The notes under the pieces are model-generated. The model saw only the letters and a list, made by a program, of their open reading frames with translations. It searched no databases and was not told the origin of the DNA. From Hydrolagus affinis (lineage: Eukaryota), in the NCBI GenBank assembly GCA_012026655.1, contig JAAILG010000456.1, forward strand, positions 1-64,000: a stretch of 64,000 bases of DNA, given 5' to 3'. The position numbers and the translations under genes were made by a program. Every line of letters starts with the position of its first letter. Position 1 is the first letter of the stretch. Below, piece after piece: positions 57,549 through 64,000 of this stretch.

Positions 57549-57575
57549 GCCGACTGCTGATGGTATTAGGAAGGC
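57549..57575 (-). CDS. ntng1: Netrin-G1 27-nt microexon (phase 1/1), equivalent to mammalian exon 5
   Basis: ttttgttttttactgtctttcag|GC CTT CCT AAT ACC ATC AGC AGT CGG C|gtaagt, giving (C)LPNTISSR. Same size and phase as the mammalian CIPSISSIG microexon, with strong splice sites. Confidence 0.87.
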
Positions 57576-57674
57576 CTGAAAGACAGTAAAAAACAAAATC
57601 AATAACTTCACAGCTCACAGCTCACATGCTTTAATATGTCAATCTGTTGGGGCTCCCATGACAGTGCAGTTAGA

Positions 57675-57892
57675 AAATCTTGGGCAAGTTTCCTTACTCC
57701 ACATTCCTAATAAGAATCACTCAAAAAAATAATAACTTGGTCACTTCAGTCCATGACTGTTTGTGTGCAATTGGTTGCCTTATTTCACCCACATATATAG
57801 TCAATTCACTTTACAGTATATGCTATGAAGTGCTTTGAGACATCTAGAAGACGTGAAAAGCATATATCAAATGCAAGGATTATTATTATTAT
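57675..57892 (+). mobile_element. SINE (5'-truncated), 100 nt upstream of the microexon acceptor
   Basis: cttgggcaagtttccttactccac..atcaaatgcaaggatt(att)n. Confidence 0.87.
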
Positions 57893-58067
57893 TTTATTAA
57901 CGCAAGGGAATGTTCACCACAATTTTTGAAAAGGAATTCTACAATATGTGAACCCACAGCTTAATGGAAGCATTTAAGGTTCATTCTTATCTAGATTTCT
58001 GCATTGAGAGCTATGTCATCTGCCACCTAGCAGCTCCTTGTGAATAAAATCCACGTGAAATTAAAAA

Positions 58068-58436
58068 AACTTGCATTTTTGTAGTGTTTTACTATGTCTC
58101 CAAGTACTTTGAAAGTAATTCTGGTCAAGTGAGTTTACCTGTTTTGTAGGCGCATTTGGGAACAATTTGCTCTGTCTAAATGTCACAAATAACCGTGAGG
58201 GTCACTGTGTCCATGAGTCGGCAAAAATACTGGACAGGTCATTGGGTGGAATTCCCTTTTTTTTAAATAGTGCCTCCAATCTTGTAGCATCCAAAACTGG
58301 TTTAACTTTTCATCTGAAAGTTAACATCCCTGACAGTTCAACACATCCTTCAGTGGAGTATTGGTCTAGACTAGAAACTGATGTCTTCAACCTTCTAACC
58401 CTGAGGTAAAGTACAACAAACTGAGCCATGCTGACA
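58068..58436 (-). mobile_element. Old DeuSINE (SacSINE1-like), degenerate
   Basis: acttgcatttt tail, catctgaaag..ctgacagt..ccttcagt body, and aaccttctaaccctgagg..actgagccatgctgac head. Confidence 0.6.
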
Positions 58437-59427
58437 CTTGCTAACTCCACATTTACTACCCAACTATTTTGACTGTGTAACAAACAGTGACGATTATACC
58501 ATCCACAGGAACTTGATACCTTGCCGGAAACTTTCAAAGAAACTTCAGTCATTTACTACCAATATGCATTTTTCTGCATGAATTTTACATTATGGAAAAT
58601 ACCTAAGAGTAGCATGGGGTTAAAGGCTCAAATATAAAGATTTACAAACATTGTATTGGACCCAATAGTATATGACTATTTTTTATTTCATAAGCATTTT
58701 ATCACTGTGCACAATGTAATAGAAATCTTGGCCCACAGAATACAGTATTATGAAATGCATTTAGTCATAATATTGATTATTCACCACATTGATTTTCTCT
58801 GTCCTACTTCGGTTCCCAAGATGAATAATTAAGAGAATAGTGCTTAGTTTATGATCCAAGTGCAATATATATTTAAACGTTTTGATCATGTTACCATTTA
58901 TGTTGCGTGATAGAATTAAGTTAAGACACGCTGCAGGTCACTCACGCTGCAGCTACAATGGACCAGCTGCCACAGACACACGAGACTTTTGAGTAAGATG
59001 TGAGTAATCACTGACGGGACTGGTGAGTCACATCACTTTGGTGCGGAGCTGGCCAGAGTTTTGTGTGCTTCTCCTCAAACATAAGGCATTGTATGGTGTC
59101 AAACAATTGTTGGTGAGGCCTTTCCTTTCAGTGTTTTAGAAGCATTGATGTGTTGAACTGAACTGAAGGTGGCACAGCAGACTGCCAAACAAATTATGTG
59201 GCAAAAGCTGGCTTCATACCAACTTTAGTAAGAAAACTAAATCCTTTGATGGTGACCTGACATAAACTGATGCCAGCCTATGCCAGCAGTTTACCTGCCC
59301 TTTATTGCCACCGATTGGTTGATGCAGCACTTGTGGCAAACATTCAGCACATCTGCATGCATTATCACTCCAGAAGAGGTGAAACTAACAATGTGAAATC
59401 AAAGACTCTGGCTACATTTTAATAGTA

Positions 59428-60275
59428 CAGGTATCCCTCCCCAACCGTGGGGGATACGTTCCTCTAAACATCCGCGGTTGGAAAATGCAGGGCCCTATGG
59501 GAAACATGGGGATAGGGGAAGTAAGTTTGTGTTTCGTAGAACTAAACACAAAAAAACACATACAGTTATACCTCACATGGGGATAGTTTGGGCGCATTGG
59601 CTGCAGCAATCCGCGAGGCTGTTTGACTGACTGAGAGAGAGAGAGAGAGACACACATGGAGGGTAGTGGTGAGGGGTGGGCAGTGGGGTGACATGGAGGG
59701 CTGTCTGACTGACTGACTGATCTACAGAGAGAGAGAGAGACACACACAGAGGATGGGGGGGTGGGGGGTGATACGGAAGGCTGGGGTGGGCTGTCTGTCT
59801 GACCTAGAGAGAGAGAGAAATCAACGGAGAAGGTGTGGTGGGTGACACAAAGGGATGGGGGTGCTGTCTGACTGACTGATACAGACATGGAGAGAGAGAG
59901 TGAGGGGGGTTGGGAGGAAGAGAAGGTGAAATAGAGATAAGGTGAGTCAGAGAGAGATACACTTACACACACAGAGAGAGGATGCAAAAAAGTGACAATA
60001 AATTCATGTCACTGTATTTATCTTAATCCTAAGAGAGAAGCGTTGTCGCCGGTTGATTGCAACATTGCAACTGGGTCCTAGTGCTATACGCTAGCGCGAA
60101 GCGACATCGAGGCTGGTTGATGCAACTGAGTCCTAGCCTAAACGCTAATGTTAGTGTTAAAACCCATGGATAAGCAAGGGTTATAAACCATGGTTAGCAA
60201 GGGTTGTCACATTTAGCAAACAGTGGATGTGTGAGTTTCGCAGTTGACGAGGCCGCGGTTGGGGTGGGATACCTA
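59428..60275. mobile_element. Tigger-like non-autonomous element with an internal composite tandem repeat
   Basis: TA-caggtatccctccccaaccgtgg ... ccgcggttggggtgggataccta-TA. The interior has about 4 degenerate units of gctgtctgactgac-(GA)n-(CA)n-G-rich sequence. Confidence 0.82.
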
Positions 60276-60998
60276 TACGTGAAAAATCCTGATAAATGTT
60301 GCATTGTGAGAATATCAAAGCCATAGCTCACAAGATAGTTCCATTGACTACACAAGATAGTTCCATTAACACATTGAAATGTCAAGTTAAAACAACAAAT
60401 TGTCCTACATTGAATATTATTGCCTAGACGAGTAAAATCACACCCATTATTTGCATCTCTTCATCACATTTAATGTTCCGGAAATTCAAAAATGACATAA
60501 AGATTGTTAAGAAATCAGCAAAGAATTACCACAAATAAGATCTTATTGTCTGGAGAAAAGCATCTTGCCTTCTGTTAAATGCAGACAACTGTAGGGAAAA
60601 TCCAGGTCACTGCATTGGATGCTGCATTGGTGAAAGTTGGTCCATTCTGTTCATTGGCATTTCGATTGACAGGTTCTGAGGCTATTGCTCTGGGAATGTG
60701 GGTGATCGATTGGGATAGTCATTCAACAAAATAATCCAAGATCACCTTTGGGCCCTGAGATGAATGTTTGTTTTAGAAATAAAACAGCCCCATTTCAAAC
60801 TGCATTAAAACGACTTGCATTATAACAGAAATCAGACCCACAAACTGCGGAAAAGAAGGATTTCTGCAGATTTCCGATCCTTTCCTTCAAAAGATTTTCC
60901 TTTGAAGGAAAATCGTACTCTTGCTATTGGGTTATTAAAAATAAATATTATCAATGAGTAAATTCTGGGATTTGACTGAATTGAGGACAGGCTGAAGG

Positions 60999-61820
60999 CA
61001 TTCTCTTGTCAATGAGAAGGGGGTCGATGAGAAATGAGCAGCTAGAGGGAAATAGACTAATACAAACCGGACCTCAATTTGGAGAAGCTGCAACGATGGC
61101 TAGAAAAAGCCAGATGGGTGCTGGATTGCCCAATGCTGTCATCTATTGCCTCAGAAACAAAAATCTTTAAATCCACCCCAAATCTTTAAAATCTCAAAAA
61201 TGCTATGAATGGCATATTACTTCTCCAGTAAATCAAGGATTAGTACGCTTGCTTGCAACTGCAATCTCTGCAGAGGTATAAAATACCAGTGAGATATTAT
61301 TCAGCACTCCTGCCTAATCTGTCTGTGAGACAGAGTGAGCTCTGCTGGGATACTGCCAATAATAGTGGTGACAGAGGCAACCAAAGTCAACACTGGAGGC
61401 GTAGAGTGGTAGCAATGTCATAATGAAATATGCATTTAACATGGCAAGAAGTTAAATCGTATGTGACAAGCTGAGAAGGAAGTGAGGACTAAAGATTTTT
61501 TGTCTTGTTTTACTTTAATAAGTGATAAACTCGGCCGTACAGATGCTGCGTTTGCATTTAACCATTTATCCCAGAAGTTTTCATGCCAGACCGAGTACCT
61601 CTATAATGGATTTTATCTCTTTAAAGCAAAAGATTTGAAAACCAAAGGGAAAATGTCATTCTCTTCTCTTCAGTGATAGGGGTCTGATGAGAAATGAGCT
61701 GCTAGAGGGCAACAGATTTGTACAAACTATATCTCAAGTTGGAGAAACTGGCACACTAACTAAAAGAAGCTACACGGGTGCTGGGCTGCCCAACAATGCC
61801 ATCCATTTCCTCAGAAACAA
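60999..61820. repeat. Diverged direct duplication, about 160 bp per copy, 660-bp offset
   Basis: 61027-61161 aligns without gaps to 61687-61821, with about 32 differences in 135 nt by manual count. Confidence 0.9.
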
Positions 61821-64000
61821 TATAAAAATATAAATAATTGACACATCAAATATGGTTCGAACACCAGTTTTATGCCACTGTACCACCAACCGCAATTCAT
61901 GGAATGAATACCTGGATGAAGTCTCACTGCAATGCAATTTCCAACAATCTAACTGCTCTCAGTAAATTGTGTGCTGGTGCACAAAAGCAATTTCCTTTGT
62001 GAATACATTTTACTTTATAAGATTAAGCCACAAAATGTAAGAGAAAGCGTCAACAGTGTGAATAAGGGCCACTACCCAGGCGGAGAGACATTATATCATC
62101 AAGTGCATCATGTGTTGTACATATACGCATCGGAAGTAACATAGAGACAGGAGGCCATCCATCCAACAGCCTGATGGAAGTAACAAATGTACAGGAATAG
62201 GCTATTCATCCATCAAGCATGTTCTGCATAAAGTGGGTCCATCTGTAAATCTGCTAGTTCAATACCAATTGTTACTAATGAGTGGTTCTATATAGTATTT
62301 TTCAATTCAGTAATATATTAATCTTTTGTTATTGTATACTATTGTCAATCACCTGATGTGAAAGGCAAGACATAAAGGTAAATTTGTACTGTATTGTTAA
62401 TTTTTATTGTATATGAATTTAACAAATTTAAAAAGAACATGTCAATAGCAGAACATTTATTACAGAATAAGACACCTATGCAGAAAAATTAATGATAGTG
62501 TAAGCAATGACGTTAATATATTCAATTCAATCAACCAATTAGTTTTGAAAACGATTTTGGCTTGGAACAGTCGATTTTTAACGACTTGTACTGTTATTAG
62601 GATTTAGTACTGTAAAAAGAGTAGGGCTGACAATTTTGGGAGTCCAGATCAAAGGTGAACATCAACAGGTCAAAATACATTCTAGGATTGGGTTAATCAA
62701 TAACTGCAATGCGCAGTGATATATTTCCTGAAATGCCATTATTGGATGTCACCCAGTAGATTGACGAAAGACAAGAGATCTCATGTTGCATGCTTTCTGG
62801 CAAATTATCAAACCAGATACATCTGATCTGTAAGAAAATTCCAATCTAGGAATAAGACTAGCATAATAGGTCACTTCTAATAGCAATACTTCTCTTTTTA
62901 CAATGTAACAATATCATGTCATGGAGGTAATCAATATTATGCAATGATTTAATTTGATGAAGCAAACTTAAGCTAAGTTTTATCAATATTTCACAATGAT
63001 TTAATTCTGCAAAGTAAACTTAGAAAGCTCTTTTGCCTGCATAAGCACTCATCTTGATATGTTTGAATGAGTGAAAACAATGAGTGAATTAGGGCTGTGC
63101 TTATTAATCAATTATAATTCATTCAAATAGACAGAAATGTAATTAACCATGGAATCAAAGGTGTATACATAGGCTGCACGGAAAGACTCAGTATATTTGA
63201 TTTGGGGATTCATATCCTGCCCAGCGGAGGACTGGTGACATTAACAAAATAACTCAACAAACACTGATATGTACATTTGATTTTCATCTAATTATCTGGC
63301 CATTTCACCCACAAGCTGAATTTAAAGTTATGTGTCATGGTTTATTCAGTCTATTGTTAAAATATTACTCAGCAAAACACTGGTCTCATAATATACCTGT
63401 TATTTAAAATAATAGATTAAACTAACCAAACATTAATTAATCAAATTGGAAGTGTACCTCATGGGCTTCAGATTGTTCAAGTCAAATTAATTATGATCAA
63501 ACTATGCTATGTGTAAATCTTGCTGTCCAATCGGACACACTGCTAAGAGTCTGAGCAAGATTCCACCGACATGGTCTACATATGGAATGAATGGTCTTTC
63601 CTCACTCCATGTGTTTTTTACCCTTGGGACTCTGTCCAGATTTGTCTCAAAACCAGTCAATCTTAACTGAATCTCCACTGAGTTACAGTCCACACTAGAG
63701 ATTAAAACAATTTATCTGACTACCGAGTAATTGCATCTGATGTGGATTTGCAAAACTAAGCAGTTCTGCAAAAAAGAGTGTTGGTTCTGCGGATGTATTC
63801 TGTCAAGCATTGTGTGAGACATTGTGGGGACATTGCTGGAGGTTTTATTTTCCCTCATCACAAGTCTGGCAGCTGTTTGCTCCATGGAAGCCACAACTTT
63901 AGCAGAGCCTGTGTGTCACCATTCCTAGTCCAGAGGGGCTAAATCTTGTGGTTCAGGAGCCACAGCATCAGCTGTTAAGAAAAGTCCCTGGATGTTTAGG

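Noticed and set aside
59412-59987. Longest ORF in the track (191 aa)
   Set aside because: Low-complexity translation of (GA)n/(CA)n repeats inside a transposon.
57576-64000. Search for the upstream LE1 exon of ntng1 (CKCNLHA...)
   Set aside because: No matching cysteine-rich exon found. It presumably lies beyond the window end.

Overview
AT-rich, repeat-rich vertebrate genomic DNA, not a prokaryotic window. The SINE and CR1 families suggest a cartilaginous fish, probably a chimaera/elephant-shark type (inference). The window holds the 3' part of a netrin-G gene on the minus strand, matching NTNG1 better than NTNG2. I found five coding exons: a 27-nt microexon (57549-57575), a 66-nt cassette exon (44390-44455), two laminin-EGF exons (38221-38388, 29682-29816) and a terminal EGF + GPI-signal exon (CDS 15317-15546), followed by a 3'UTR with poly(A) signals near 14.4-14.6 kb. 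All exon junctions are phase 1. The rest is intron or downstream intergenic DNA containing a tRNA/Deu-domain SINE family, L2 and CR1 3' ends, Tigger-like and hAT-like MITEs, and one 162-N gap. Most ORFs in the supplied track are chance ORFs. I see no clear-cut novel system. The best leads are the alternative-splicing architecture of ntng1 (including a candidate Ser/Thr/Pro-rich cassette exon), a tandemly duplicated antisense small ORF pair, and hAT MITEs nested in SINEs at similar target sites. Comparisons to mammalian sequences are from memory and need alignment.
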